Assembly (NCBI GenBank): GCA_035293985.1
Contig: DATGLS010000054.1
Location: 50,245 to 114,244, forward strand
Direction: 5' to 3'
Length of the DNA: 64,000 nucleotides
DNA from: Xanthobacteraceae bacterium
Lineage (GTDB): Bacteria > Pseudomonadota > Alphaproteobacteria > Rhizobiales > Xanthobacteraceae
Shown here: piece by piece, positions 31,090-42,370 of the stretch
Layout of the letters: each line of letters opens with the position of its first letter
Numbering within the stretch: the stretch's first letter is position 1
Translations under genes and position numbers: made by a program
The notes under the pieces: generated by a model
What the model was told of the DNA's origin: nothing
Seen by the model: the letters and a program-made list of their open reading frames with translations, nothing else
The model's database searches: none

Positions 31090-31134
31090 GTGACCATAGC
31101 GCTGTCGAGTGGAAACGTTCCAGCGCTATGTGAC
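31090..31134. promoter_or_regulatory. Inverted repeat upstream of the DUF72 gene
   Basis: GTGACCATAGCGCTG-N16-CAGCGCTATGTGAC; the loop contains TGGAAACGTTCCA. Confidence 0.35.
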
Positions 31135-31342
31135 GACCACGAGACGATCGGCGACGCCGGATGTACGCGCGCCTGTTGTTCGTGGTCGTTGGCATTTCTG
31201 GGCCCCCCTTAGCGAAGGTCGCGCTCATCGAAACCCCCCTCATGGTGAGTAGCGCGGCCGCCCTTGCGGGCGCGCGCTCCGAACCATGTGGCGGCCCGTG
31301 TGGCGCGCTTTTCGTCTCCCGAGCTGCCGCGAACGTTCAACG

Positions 31343-31370
31343 AAAAAGGCCCGGGCTTTCGCCCGGGCCT
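31343..31370 (-). terminator. Rho-independent terminator of groEL
   Basis: Minus strand reads AGGCCCGGGC-gaaa-GCCCGGGCCT followed by TTTTTCGTT. Confidence 0.8.
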
Positions 31371-31398
31371 CGTTGTTTGCGATCAGGCTTTGCGCCGA

Positions 31399-33036
<1,638 letters not shown>

Positions 33037-33066
33037 TCACTCCGTAGCTTGTGCGATTGATCCGCC

Positions 33067-33381
33067 TCAGGCGGCCTTTTTCTTCGCGACCTCGGCGTCG
33101 AGGACGCCCATGATGTCGCTCTCTTTCATGATGAGGTAGTCGACCCCGTCGATCTTGACCTCGGTGCCCGACCACTTGCCGAACAGCACGCGGTCGCCGA
33201 TCCTGACATCGATCGGGATCAGCTTACCGCTTTCGTCGCGCCCACCCGGCCCGACTGAGATGACCTCGCCCTGCGACGGCTTCTCCTTGGCGGTGTCGGG
33301 AATGATGATGCCGCCAGCGGTCTTCTCCTCGGCGTCGATGCGCTTGACGACGACACGGTCGTGAAGCGGACGGAACTTCAT
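33067..33381 (-). CDS. groS: Co-chaperonin GroES
   Basis: ORF 33067..33519, start moved to [29 protein letters not shown] after AGGAGG. Confidence 0.97.
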   Translation of the reverse strand: MKFRPLHDRVVVKRIDAEEKTAGGIIIPDTAKEKPSQGEVISVGPGGRDESGKLIPIDVRIGDRVLFGKWSGTEVKIDGVDYLIMKESDIMGVLDAEVAKKKAA

Positions 33382-33512
33382 GATGTCCTCCTTACGTGCT
33401 GATTTGACGAGAGTATCTTCAGAAACCGCGGCCCAGCAGACCCCTCTGCTCGGCCGCTTGCGCGCCACATAAGTGGCGCCGCAAAAAGCCGCAAGACGGC
33501 TCCGAAAATTTT

Positions 33513-33539
33513 TTAGCACTCATCTGGACGGAGTGCCAA
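33513..33539. promoter_or_regulatory. CIRCE operator (HrcA binding site)
   Basis: TTAGCACTC-N9-GAGTGCCAA, one mismatch to TTAGCACTC-N9-GAGTGCTAA, about 130 nt upstream of groES. Confidence 0.85.
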
Positions 33540-33808
33540 CAACGGTCGGCCGAATGGTTAACTGCCATTAGTTCCGGGTTTCACAAGGTTTTTAGTCCTG
33601 GAACGGCGGTGCCGCGGTGCTGGTTGGGACCATGCGGTTTCCCTCTCGGATGCCGCGGCCTGAAGGGTGAAAAGTGCCGCCAGGGTGCTTGTTAGCAGAC
33701 CGTCATAACTGCTGCTAGCGCCTTGATTCTCAACACTTTATTCAACTTTTGGGCTTGCAATGAATCGTCCCTGCGATTCAACTTCGCGCATGGGGCATGG
33801 AGGGCAGA

Positions 33809-34090
33809 ATGACCTCACACGGCGTATCGGAAGACTTCCTCAAACAGGTGAACGGCTACGGCCTCACCACGGCACACATCCTCTACCGGCTGCCGGACCA
33901 CCCACGCTTCCTGCAGACCTATGTGTGGCAAGACTACGATCTTTGCCCGCATTTCCCGGCGCTCTTCAAGTTCCTCGGATTCTGGCAGAAGAAGCTCGAG
34001 GGGCCGTTGCACTCGGTGAGCGTTGCGCACTGCGACCTGGTGAAGCCGGTGGAATTCAACACGGTCAACGGCGTCTTCATGTTGAATTGA
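33809..34090 (+). CDS. Usg-family protein
   Basis: ORF 33797..34090, start moved to the ATG after GGAGGG; FLKQVNGYGLTTAHILYRLPDHPRFLQTYVWQDYDLCPHFP is the Usg-like pattern. Confidence 0.8.
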   Translation: MTSHGVSEDFLKQVNGYGLTTAHILYRLPDHPRFLQTYVWQDYDLCPHFPALFKFLGFWQKKLEGPLHSVSVAHCDLVKPVEFNTVNGVFMLN

Positions 34091-34141
34091 TGATGATTTC
34101 GCCCGTCGCGGCCCCTAGATTGGGCAGGACGGAGACATCCG

Positions 34142-34405
34142 ATGACCAAGCGCGCGGTCGACCTTTCGCTCGGCGAGCTGGCCGCCCTGGGCGCCAAGGC
34201 GGCGCGCACGGCGGCGCAGGAAACGCAGCGCGCCGGCCACGCGATCACCGGGCTGATCACGGTCTATGACGAGGCGCAGCCTCAATCGGTTCTCGCGCAG
34301 CTGCATTCGTCCGGCACCGTGACGCTGGTGCGCGCCGCCGATGACGTCGGCGCGCCAGACCCTGCGGACGGCGCTCGAGCCAAGCCGAACAAGGCGGCCG
34401 ATTGA
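34142..34405 (+). CDS. Small protein (87 aa), putative antitoxin partner of the zeta-like kinase
   Basis: Stop overlaps the next start (ATGA); no domain recognised; role inferred from position only. Confidence 0.45.
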   Translation: MTKRAVDLSLGELAALGAKAARTAAQETQRAGHAITGLITVYDEAQPQSVLAQLHSSGTVTLVRAADDVGAPDPADGARAKPNKAAD

Positions 34406-35103
34406 CGGACCCACCATTTCTCCTGGTGATCGGCGGCCCGAACGGGTCGGGCAGGACCACTCTCACCAGGACGCTGCGCGACGCCGGGATCGATTTCGGC
34501 GTCTACGTCAATCCGGACGACATCGCGCAGACCCTCGATCTGCCCGAGCCGCAACGCACCAGACAGGCGCAGCTGATCGCCGATTTCAAGCGCGCCACAT
34601 GTCTGCAGCGACGCGAGAGCTTCAGCTTCGAAACAGTGCTGTCGCATCCGAGCGAGATCGCCGCAATGGTCGACGCCCATCGTGCCGGCTACGAGCTCAC
34701 GCTCTACTTCGTCGCGACGGCCGACCCCGAGATCAACGTGCGGCGCGTCGAAAACCGCGTTGCCAAGGGCGGGCACGACGTCCCGCACGATCGCATCCGG
34801 GCGCGATATGCGCGCTCGCTTGGCTTGCTCGCCGGCGCAGCGCTCGTCGCCCAACGTACCGTCGTCTTCGACAATAGCGCGCTCGTCGGGAACTCGCCGC
34901 ACGCGTCCGTCGTCAATACCAAGAGCGGCCTGCGGCCGGTTGCCGAGGTCAACCGCACGGACGATCACGTCGACATTCGGCTCGAGAACGACGTGCCCGA
35001 GTGGGTGCTCGTCGCGCTGGTGGAAGGAATCGACGATATCATCCGTCGGTCCGAAGGGCGCGTGACGGCGGCATTGCTGCAGAGCGAGGGGTTGCTCGAC
35101 TGA
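34402..35103 (+). CDS. Zeta-toxin-like P-loop kinase with Walker-A Lys replaced by Arg and a C-terminal extension
   Basis: 233 aa; FLLVIGGPNGSGRTTL (GRTT, codon AGG), FSFETVLSHPS, YFVATADPEINVRRVENRVAKGGHDVPHDRIRARY. Confidence 0.7.
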   Translation: MTDPPFLLVIGGPNGSGRTTLTRTLRDAGIDFGVYVNPDDIAQTLDLPEPQRTRQAQLIADFKRATCLQRRESFSFETVLSHPSEIAAMVDAHRAGYELTLYFVATADPEINVRRVENRVAKGGHDVPHDRIRARYARSLGLLAGAALVAQRTVVFDNSALVGNSPHASVVNTKSGLRPVAEVNRTDDHVDIRLENDVPEWVLVALVEGIDDIIRRSEGRVTAALLQSEGLLD

Positions 35104-35207
35104 CGGGCGGATCGCATTTGTCGTATGTTTGCTGTCATCGTCCAGCCGATGCGAGCGTGCTCGCGGCGCTGGCCAAAGCCGCGCCCGGCTGAGAGCGACG
35201 AGGTACC

Positions 35208-35585
35208 ATGACGACACGCATTCATTTCGATTTCGGCACGCTCACGCTCGACGCCGAGCTGCTCGACACGCCGACCGCGAAGGCGGTTGCGGCGAAGCTG
35301 CCGATCACGTCCTCGGCGCTCACCTGGGGCGAGGAGGTCTATTTCGATGCGCCGGTCACGGTCCCGCGCGAGAAGGACGCGCGTGCCGTGGTGACGCCGG
35401 GCGAGATCGCCTACTGGCCGGAAGGGCCCGCGATCGCCATCGGCTTCGGCCGTACGCCGATCTCGAAAGGCAGCGAGACGCGGCTCGCGAGCCCGTGCAA
35501 CGTGTTCGCAAAAGCGCTCGGCGACGTGAAGGCGCTCGCGGCGATACGCGCGGGGACGCGCGTGGTGGTGACGAAGGTCGACTGA
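35208..35585 (+). CDS. Cyclophilin-like fold protein
   Basis: 125 aa; [18 protein letters not shown]...WGEEVYF...[21 protein letters not shown] pattern. Confidence 0.7.
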   Translation: MTTRIHFDFGTLTLDAELLDTPTAKAVAAKLPITSSALTWGEEVYFDAPVTVPREKDARAVVTPGEIAYWPEGPAIAIGFGRTPISKGSETRLASPCNVFAKALGDVKALAAIRAGTRVVVTKVD

Positions 35586-35587
35586 AT

Positions 35588-35683
35588 GTCCTTGCGAGCG
35601 AGGCGAGGCAATCTCGATCCGCAAATGCATGAGCCAGCGGATCGAGATTGCGTCGTCGCGCTACGCGCGCCTCGCAATGAGGG
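35588..35683. repeat. Family F-related element (copy F2) with a 15-bp perfect internal stem
   Basis: gtccttgcgagcgagg ... cctcgcaatgagg termini; internal GCAATCTCGATCCGC-N14-GCGGATCGAGATTGC. Confidence 0.7.
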
Positions 35684-35685
35684 GG

Positions 35686-36699
35686 CTACTGCTCCGGCTT
35701 GATGCCGGTCGCCTCGACGACGTGGGCGTACTTGTCGCTCTCGGCCTTGATGAAGTCGGCGAATTGATCGACCGACATCGGCACGATGTCGGCGCCCGCG
35801 TCGTCCATCTTCTTCTTGATGTCGGTCACCGCGAGGGCGTCGTTGATGGCTTTGTTGAGGGAGGCGACCACGTCACGCGGCGTGCCGTGCGGGGCGAAGA
35901 AGCCGGCCCACAGGCTGAAGTCGAAATCCTCGATGCCGGCGCCTTCCCCGACCGTCGGCACGTCCGGGGCCGTCGAAGCGCGGTGCAGGGTCGAGACCGC
36001 GAGCATCTTCATCTGACCGGCCTTGACGAACGGCAGCGCCGCCGGAAAGCCGGGGAAATAGAAGTCGACATGATTGCCGAGCAGATCGGCGAGGGCGGGA
36101 CCGGCGCCCTTGTAGGGCACGTGCGTCATGTTGCCATGGCTCGCGACCTTGAGCAGCTCGCCGGCGAAATGGCCGGGCGTGCCGGTGCCGGCGGAGGCGA
36201 ACAGGAGGCCCTTCGGGCTCCGGGCCGCCTTGAGCAACTCCGGCACGGTCGAATAGGGCGCGCTCTTCGGCACGACGAGCGCGAGCGGCACGACGCCGCC
36301 GAGCGCGACCGGGGCAAGATCGCGCATGACGTCGAGGCCGCTGTTGAGGAACGACGGGTTGATGGCGATCTCGGGCGTTTGCCCAAGCAAAATGGTGTAG
36401 CCGTCCGGCGCCGCCTTCGCGACGTATTGCGCGGCGATGAGCCCGCTCGCGCCGCCGCGGTTCTCCACTACGACAGGGCGGCTGAATTTCTCGCTCAGCT
36501 TGGCGCCGACGAGGCGCGCGATGAAGTCACCGGTGCCGCCCGGCGCGTAGCCGACCACGAGCGTGATGGTGCGGGCCGGGTAGGGCTGGGCGCTTGCCGC
36601 GAGGGGCGTGAGTGCAATTGCCGCCGCGACCAGCGCCAAGCGAGCGGCGAGTACCGAATGGCGAATAGGGCAAGCCGGTCGCACGTCCACGTCTCTCAC
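35686..36699 (-). CDS. Bug-family (TctC-like) tripartite tricarboxylate transporter substrate-binding protein
   Basis: 337 aa; signal peptide then QPYPARTITLVVGYAPGGTGDFIARL. Confidence 0.85.
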   Translation of the reverse strand: MRDVDVRPACPIRHSVLAARLALVAAAIALTPLAASAQPYPARTITLVVGYAPGGTGDFIARLVGAKLSEKFSRPVVVENRGGASGLIAAQYVAKAAPDGYTILLGQTPEIAINPSFLNSGLDVMRDLAPVALGGVVPLALVVPKSAPYSTVPELLKAARSPKGLLFASAGTGTPGHFAGELLKVASHGNMTHVPYKGAGPALADLLGNHVDFYFPGFPAALPFVKAGQMKMLAVSTLHRASTAPDVPTVGEGAGIEDFDFSLWAGFFAPHGTPRDVVASLNKAINDALAVTDIKKKMDDAGADIVPMSVDQFADFIKAESDKYAHVVEATGIKPEQ

Positions 36700-36715
36700 C
36701 CCTCGTCCTTCTTTC

Positions 36716-37477
36716 CTACCCCCGCCCGACGAACGGCATCTGGTTCGCCATCACGGTCATGAACAGCACGTTGGTGTCGAGCGGCAGGCTCGCCATGTAG
36801 ACGATGGCGTTGCCGACATGGTCGGCATCCATGCGCGCCTCCTGCTTCATGCTGCCGTCCGGCTGCATCACGCCGGCGCCCTGCACCATGCGGTCGGTGA
36901 GCGGGGTCGCCGCATTGCCGATGTCGATCTGACCGCAGCAGATGTCGTATTGCCGGCCGTCGAGCGCGGTCTGCTTGGTGAGGCCCGAAATGGCGTGCTT
37001 GGTCGACGTGTAGGCGGCGGCGAGGGGGCGCGGCGTGTGCGCCGAGATAGAGCCGTTGTTGATGATGCGCCCGCCGCGCGGCGACTGGTTCTTCATCATG
37101 CGGAAGGCTTCCTGCGTGCACACGAAGGGGCCGGTGAGATTGGTGTCGACCACCTTCTTCCACGTCTCGATCGGCAGGTCCTCGAGCGGTACCGCGGGCG
37201 CGCCGATGCCGGCATTGTTGAAGAGCACGTCGAGCCGCCCGTAGGCCTCCTTCGCCTTGGCGAACAGGGCCTTGATCGAGGTGGGATCGGAGACGTCGGT
37301 CGGCACCACGAGGCTCGTGCCGTTGGTCGCCTTGCCCTCCTGGGCGACCTCGTCGAGCTTGTCCTTGCGCCGCCCGGCGAGCACGACCGCGTAGCCGACC
37401 TTCATCAAGGCGAGCGCCGCCGCGCGGCCCACGCCCGTGCCGGCGCCGGTGACGATCGCAATCTTCTGTCCGCTCAT
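36716..37477 (-). CDS. SDR-family oxidoreductase
   Basis: 253 aa; TGAGTGVG cofactor motif and YTSTK catalytic YxxxK. Confidence 0.9.
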   Translation of the reverse strand: MSGQKIAIVTGAGTGVGRAAALALMKVGYAVVLAGRRKDKLDEVAQEGKATNGTSLVVPTDVSDPTSIKALFAKAKEAYGRLDVLFNNAGIGAPAVPLEDLPIETWKKVVDTNLTGPFVCTQEAFRMMKNQSPRGGRIINNGSISAHTPRPLAAAYTSTKHAISGLTKQTALDGRQYDICCGQIDIGNAATPLTDRMVQGAGVMQPDGSMKQEARMDADHVGNAIVYMASLPLDTNVLFMTVMANQMPFVGRG

Positions 37478-37549
37478 TGATCAAGCCTCGTCTCGCGCGC
37501 GATCCGCGCCGTCGCGGCCGCGTCCCATGAGCGGCAAGCTTTCCATAAT

Positions 37550-37909
37550 TCAGGCCCGAGGGGAACGGCCCGCCTTGCTGCCGCGCGGCCCACCTTTGTT
37601 GGCGAGTCCCCACTTGGCGAGTGCGACGAGGGCGGGTCTCAGTGTCGCGCCATGTGTCGTGAACGAGTACTCGGTCGCGTGCACGCCGCCGTCGAGGAAT
37701 TCCCGCCGCTTCACGATGCCGTCCCCCTCGAGCTGGCGCAGGTGGGTCGAAAGTACCTTTTCGGAGATTCCCGAAAGGACCCGCTTGAGGTCGCTGAAGC
37801 GGCGCGGACCTTCGTTGAGCTCGCACAAAATCCCCGGCTTCCATTTGCCCGCGATAACGTCGATCGCGACGTTGACCGGACAAAAGTATCGACGTGGCGG
37901 CGCGCTCAT
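37550..37909 (-). CDS. HxlR-family transcriptional regulator
   Basis: ORF 37550..38023; CPVNVAIDVIAGKWKPGILCEL...FSDLKR...ISEKVLSTHLRQLEGDGIV; start uncertain (37909 or 37978). Confidence 0.75.
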   Translation of the reverse strand: MSAPPRRYFCPVNVAIDVIAGKWKPGILCELNEGPRRFSDLKRVLSGISEKVLSTHLRQLEGDGIVKRREFLDGGVHATEYSFTTHGATLRPALVALAKWGLANKGGPRGSKAGRSPRA

Positions 37910-38021
37910 GCTCGCGTGCTCCGATTCGCATCGTGGGTCGAAACTGACACGAATGTCAGGTTTATCGCTACTGGTCATGACATCCGCGCGATCATACCGG
38001 CGGCAGCGATTTCGCGCGACC

Positions 38022-38060
38022 ACTTACCGACCAGTAAGTCATTGCCAATCGAATTTCGAT
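38022..38060. promoter_or_regulatory. Two short palindromes in the HxlR / cytochrome-like divergent region
   Basis: ACTTAC-N6-GTAAGT (38022-38039) and ATCGAA-T-TTCGAT (38048-38060). Confidence 0.25.
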
Positions 38061-38179
38061 ACAGCATTTTTTGCGCACGCGGGTCGACCTCGGCCCGCGT
38101 CGCTCATTCCCTCGCGTGTCCCTCCGCAAAACCTGAGCTCGGGCACGCTGCTGCCGGTCGAACCGCCGCGGGTGAAACG

Positions 38180-38758
38180 ATGCTTCGACGCGTTACTTAT
38201 CTTGTTGCATTGTGCCTGATCGTCGCCGCGGCCGGTTCAATAACCGAAAAAACCCGGGCGCAATCGAGCGACCGCGCTGCGGGTCTCGCGGCCTACGCTC
38301 GTATCGCTTCGGTTCTGATGAGTCCGCGCTGCATGAACTGTCACCCGCGCGGCGAGCGACCGCGACAAGGCGACGACCGGCACGTCCATCTGCAGAACGT
38401 TCAGCGCGGCCCGGATGATCGCGGCATGGCGGTGATGCGGTGCACGCAATGCCATCAGGAGCACAACAACGACATGGCGGGCGTCCCCGGGGCGCCGAAC
38501 TGGCACGTCGCTCCCCGCTCGATGGCGTGGGAGGGCCTCACCGCCGGCGAGATTTGCCGCCGGGTGCTCGACAAGCAGCGCAACGGCGGCCGCAGCATCG
38601 CTGATCTCGTCGAGCACTTTAAGACGGATGAGCTGGTGCTGTGGGGATTTTCCCCGGGCGTCGGACGCGCACGGCCGCCGTTGACCAGGGATGAATTTGA
38701 AAAAGCGGTCGAAATCTGGGCCAAGGCCGGCGCCCCGTGTCCGCCGGACAAATCGTGA
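38180..38758 (+). CDS. Exported protein with two CxxCH motifs (putative dihaem c-type cytochrome)
   Basis: ORF 37652..38758, start moved to ATG 38180 (MLRRVTYLVALCLIVAAAG signal); CMNCH and CTQCH. Confidence 0.6.
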   Translation: MLRRVTYLVALCLIVAAAGSITEKTRAQSSDRAAGLAAYARIASVLMSPRCMNCHPRGERPRQGDDRHVHLQNVQRGPDDRGMAVMRCTQCHQEHNNDMAGVPGAPNWHVAPRSMAWEGLTAGEICRRVLDKQRNGGRSIADLVEHFKTDELVLWGFSPGVGRARPPLTRDEFEKAVEIWAKAGAPCPPDKS

Positions 38759-38843
38759 CGCGGTCGACGCGGGGGATCTTTGCGGCGCCCACGTGGCGCA
38801 CAAGGATCGCTGCCACATCATGTCGAGGTACCTCGAATGAGGA

Positions 38844-41021
38844 ATGAGGTCTGCCATGCGCGTTGAAGGCACCGTGTTGTCGCGTCGCGACGTAATGCAA
38901 GGGTTGGCGGCCGGCGCCGTCGTTCTCGTCGGCGGCCGCCTCGTCGCAAACGAGGCAGCGGCGCAAGCGAGCGCCGCGGCGCCGCTCAATGCCTGGATCG
39001 CGGTCGCGACCGACGGCAGGGTGACGCTGCAATGCGCCCATTCCGAGATGGGGCAGGGCATCTACACGACCTTCGCGGCCATCATGGCGGACGAGCTCGA
39101 GGCCGACTGGGCGAAATGCGACATCGTGTTCTCGCCGGTGGCGCCCGCCTATCGACACCCGGTCTACAACTGGCAATTCACCGGCAACGCCGAATCGATC
39201 CGCTCTTATCACGGGCTGATCCGCAAGATGGCGGCGGCCGCGCGCGAGATGCTGATCGCGGCCGCCGCCGACCAGCTCAAGGTGCCGGTGAGCGAGCTCG
39301 CGGCGCGCGGCGGCAAGGTGCTGCACCACGCGAGCGGACGCGCGCTCGACTTCGGCGCGCTGGCGCAGGCCGCGGCCGCCCGGACGCCGCCGGCGCAGCC
39401 CAACGTGAAGCCGGAGACGGAATGGCGCCTCGTCGGCCATGGCCGCTCGCTGCCGCGTCGCGATGTGCCCGACAAGGTGCACGGCACCGCGGTGTTCGGC
39501 ATCGACGTCAAGGTGCCCGGCATGGTCTACGCCGCCGTCATGAGCACGCCGGTGCTCGGCGGCAAGGCCGCGTCATTCGACGAGGCGTTGGTCGCCGGCA
39601 TGCCGGGCGTCATCAAGGTGGTGCCGCTCGGCAGCGCCGTCGCGGTCGTCGCCGAGCACTACTGGCAGGCCCGGCTCGCGCTCGCCAAGCTGAAGATCGA
39701 ATGGCAGGGCGGCGAAAGCTTCGACGACGCGGCGCTGGAAAAAAGCTACCGCGCCGCGCAGCAGAGCAAGGATGGCTGGGCGCTCGCCGAGAACAAGGGC
39801 GACGCCGTGACGACGCTCGCCGGCGCCAAGCATGTCATCACGGCCGAGTATCGCGCCCCCTGGGTTGCGCATGCGCCGATGGAGCCGATGAACGCGACCG
39901 TCGCGGTGACCGAAGCGGGCGTGACGATCTGGGCGCCGACCCAGGGCATGGAGATGACCCAGATCGTGGTCGCGAAGGTGCTCGGCGTCGCGCCCGACAA
40001 GATCAACATCCATCGCACTTATCTCGGCGGCGGCTTCGGCCGCCGGCTGCTCGCCGACTTCGTCGCCCAGGCGGCGCTGTGCGCGAAGGCCGCCGGCCGA
40101 CCCGTGAAGCTGATCTGGTCGCGCGAGGAGGACATCAAGCAGGACGTTTTCCGCCCCGGCTTCCTCAACGAGGTGCGCGCGAGCCTCGCGGCCGATGGCA
40201 TGCCGGAGGCGATCCATTTCCGGCTGGTGGCGCCGACCATCCTGGCGCCCGTGTCGCCGACGCCGGTGCGGCCCGGGATGGTCGATGCGCTGTGCTGCGA
40301 AGGGCTGATGGAGAACCCGTACGGGATCGCTCACCGCCGGGTCGACTACAACATGCTCGCGACGCCGGTCCCGACCATGGTGCTGCGCACGACGGGGCAC
40401 GGGCCGAACAACTTCACCGTCGAGTCGTTCGTGGACGAGCTCGCGCATGCGGCGAAGCGCGATCCGTACGAGTATCGCCGCCGGTTGCTCGCGGAAAATC
40501 CCGTCGCGCTGAAGGCGCTCGATCGTGCCGCCGAGCTCGCCGCATGGGGCAAGGCGGCGCCCGGCCGCTTCCAGGGCATGGCATTCGCCGACTGCTTCGG
40601 CTCGTATCTGGTGCAGGTGGCCGAGCTGTCGATCGAGAACGGCGCGGTCAAGCTGCATAAGATCACCTCGGTGTGCGATCCCGGCCGCGTGCTCGACCGG
40701 GTCAATGCCACCTCGATGATCGAGGGCGGCGTGGTGTGGGGGCTCTCGGCTGCGCTCTACTCGGCGCTGAGCTTCGACAAAGGCCACGTCCGTGAGACGA
40801 ATTTCGACCGTTTCCGCGTCGTCACCCTGCCGGATACGCCGGAGCTCGTCACCGACTTCCTGGAGAACCGCCAGGTGATCGGCGGGCTCGGCGAGGTCGG
40901 GCCGGTGGCCGTGCCGGCGGCGATCGCCAACGCCCTCTTCGCCGCGACCGGCGTGCGCCACCGCCGCTATCCGTTCGCGGCGGACGGCGTGCTCACCACC
41001 TACGGCAAGATCTTCGGTTGA
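38844..41021 (+). CDS. Molybdopterin-dependent oxidoreductase large subunit (IorB / aldehyde oxidoreductase type), Tat-exported
   Basis: 725 aa; twin-arginine-like SRRDVMQGLAAGAVVL; aldehyde oxidase / xanthine dehydrogenase-type domains. Confidence 0.85.
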   Translation: MRSAMRVEGTVLSRRDVMQGLAAGAVVLVGGRLVANEAAAQASAAAPLNAWIAVATDGRVTLQCAHSEMGQGIYTTFAAIMADELEADWAKCDIVFSPVAPAYRHPVYNWQFTGNAESIRSYHGLIRKMAAAAREMLIAAAADQLKVPVSELAARGGKVLHHASGRALDFGALAQAAAARTPPAQPNVKPETEWRLVGHGRSLPRRDVPDKVHGTAVFGIDVKVPGMVYAAVMSTPVLGGKAASFDEALVAGMPGVIKVVPLGSAVAVVAEHYWQARLALAKLKIEWQGGESFDDAALEKSYRAAQQSKDGWALAENKGDAVTTLAGAKHVITAEYRAPWVAHAPMEPMNATVAVTEAGVTIWAPTQGMEMTQIVVAKVLGVAPDKINIHRTYLGGGFGRRLLADFVAQAALCAKAAGRPVKLIWSREEDIKQDVFRPGFLNEVRASLAADGMPEAIHFRLVAPTILAPVSPTPVRPGMVDALCCEGLMENPYGIAHRRVDYNMLATPVPTMVLRTTGHGPNNFTVESFVDELAHAAKRDPYEYRRRLLAENPVALKALDRAAELAAWGKAAPGRFQGMAFADCFGSYLVQVAELSIENGAVKLHKITSVCDPGRVLDRVNATSMIEGGVVWGLSAALYSALSFDKGHVRETNFDRFRVVTLPDTPELVTDFLENRQVIGGLGEVGPVAVPAAIANALFAATGVRHRRYPFAADGVLTTYGKIFG

Positions 41022-41030
41022 GAGGACACC

Positions 41031-41480
41031 ATGGCAAGCTTCAGCTTCAGGCTCAACGGCGCGCCGGTCACGCTCGAGCTCGATCCCTCGACGCCGCTGT
41101 TGTGGGCGTTGCGCGATCACCTCGGCATGACCGGAACCAAGTTCGGCTGCGGCATCGCGCAGTGCGGCGCCTGCACGGTGCATGTCGACGGCGAGGCGGT
41201 GCGCTCGTGCGTCTACACGATCGACTCGGTCGCGGGCGCCGAGGTGACGACGATCGAGGGCCTGACCCGGGACGGTCCGCATCGCCTGCAGGAGGAGTGG
41301 ATCAAGGCGCAGGTGCCGCAGTGCGGCTACTGCCAGCCCGGCATGATCATGGCGGCCGCCGCACTGCTCAAGGCGAAGCCGCATCCGACCGAGGCCGATC
41401 TGGAGAACTCGATCACCAACATCTGCCGCTGCGGCACCTATGCGCGGATCAAGAAGGCGATCCTCGCGGCGGCGGGGTGA
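41031..41480 (+). CDS. (2Fe-2S)-binding small subunit (IorA type)
   Basis: 149 aa; GCGIAQCGACTV and CGYCQPG...CRCGTY motifs. Confidence 0.9.
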   Translation: MASFSFRLNGAPVTLELDPSTPLLWALRDHLGMTGTKFGCGIAQCGACTVHVDGEAVRSCVYTIDSVAGAEVTTIEGLTRDGPHRLQEEWIKAQVPQCGYCQPGMIMAAAALLKAKPHPTEADLENSITNICRCGTYARIKKAILAAAG

Positions 41481-41497
41481 GGCGGGAGGCAGAACAC

Positions 41498-41589
41498 CGT
41501 CATGGCCGGGCTTGTCCAGGCTTGTCCCGGCCATCCACGTCTCGCCGCAACGAAAGACGTGAATGCCCGGACCAAGCCCGGGCATGACG
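41498..41589. repeat. Family B element (copy B2)
   Basis: cgtcatggccgggcttgtccaggcttgtcccggccatccacgtct ... agacgtgaatgcccggaccaagcccgggcatgacg. Confidence 0.8.
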
Positions 41590-41597
41590 ATGTGGAA

Positions 41598-42344
41598 TCA
41601 ACCCGGATTGGCATACGGCGGGCGCGGGATCGCGAGGTGGGCGGCGCGCAGCGCGCCGGACCAGCGCTGGCGCAGGTCCTGGAAATAGGGCTCGCCCGGC
41701 TCGATGCGGTAGGAAAGCTCGGCCGTGCAGGTGTCGCGGCGCACCACCAGCAGGTCGAGCGGCATGCCGACCGAGAGGTTCGAGCGCATGGTCGAGTCGA
41801 CCGAGATCAGGCCGATCTTGAGCGCATCGTAGAGGTCGGTGTCGTACGTGACGGCGCGGTCGAGCACCGGCTTGCCGTACTTGTGCTCGCCAACCTGCAG
41901 GTAGGGCGTGTCGGTGGTGCATTCGATGAAGTTGCCGGCCGAGTAGATCATGAACAGGCGCGGCCGCTCGCCCTTGATCTGGCCGCCGAACAGCATCGAG
42001 ATGTCGAACTTGACGTCGGCCGCCTGCAACGCCGCCTCGTCGGTGTGGTGCACCTCGCGGATGGCGCGGCCGATGCGTTGCGCCGCCTGGAACATGGTCG
42101 GCGCGTTGAGCAGCGTCTCGCGCGCGCCGGTCGCCTCGTTCGGAAAGCCTTCCTGCAGGATGCTCAGCACCGACTGGCTGAGCGAGAGGTTGCCCGAGGA
42201 GGCGATCGCCAGCACGCGCTCGCCCGGCACCGCGAAGGTATGCAGCTTGCGAAACACCGAGATGTTGTCGAGCCCCGCATTGGTGCGGGTGTCGGCGATC
42301 ATCACGAGGCCGTCGCGGACGAGGATGCCGCAGCAATAGGTCAT
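41598..42344 (-). CDS. Proteasome-beta-like peptidase (Anbu type)
   Basis: In-frame ATG 42344 within ORF 41598..43340; MTYCCGILVRDGLVMIADTRTNAG, with Thr2 at the position of the Ntn nucleophile. Confidence 0.85.
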   Translation of the reverse strand: MTYCCGILVRDGLVMIADTRTNAGLDNISVFRKLHTFAVPGERVLAIASSGNLSLSQSVLSILQEGFPNEATGARETLLNAPTMFQAAQRIGRAIREVHHTDEAALQAADVKFDISMLFGGQIKGERPRLFMIYSAGNFIECTTDTPYLQVGEHKYGKPVLDRAVTYDTDLYDALKIGLISVDSTMRSNLSVGMPLDLLVVRRDTCTAELSYRIEPGEPYFQDLRQRWSGALRAAHLAIPRPPYANPG

Positions 42345-42370
42345 CAGGGGCGCCCGTGCATTTCGGCGGA

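Noticed and set aside
33540-33796. A sigma-32 or sigma-70 promoter for groESL upstream of CIRCE
   Set aside because: CTTG and CTAATG-like hexamers are present, but the spacing (about 10 nt) does not fit either consensus, so no call was made.
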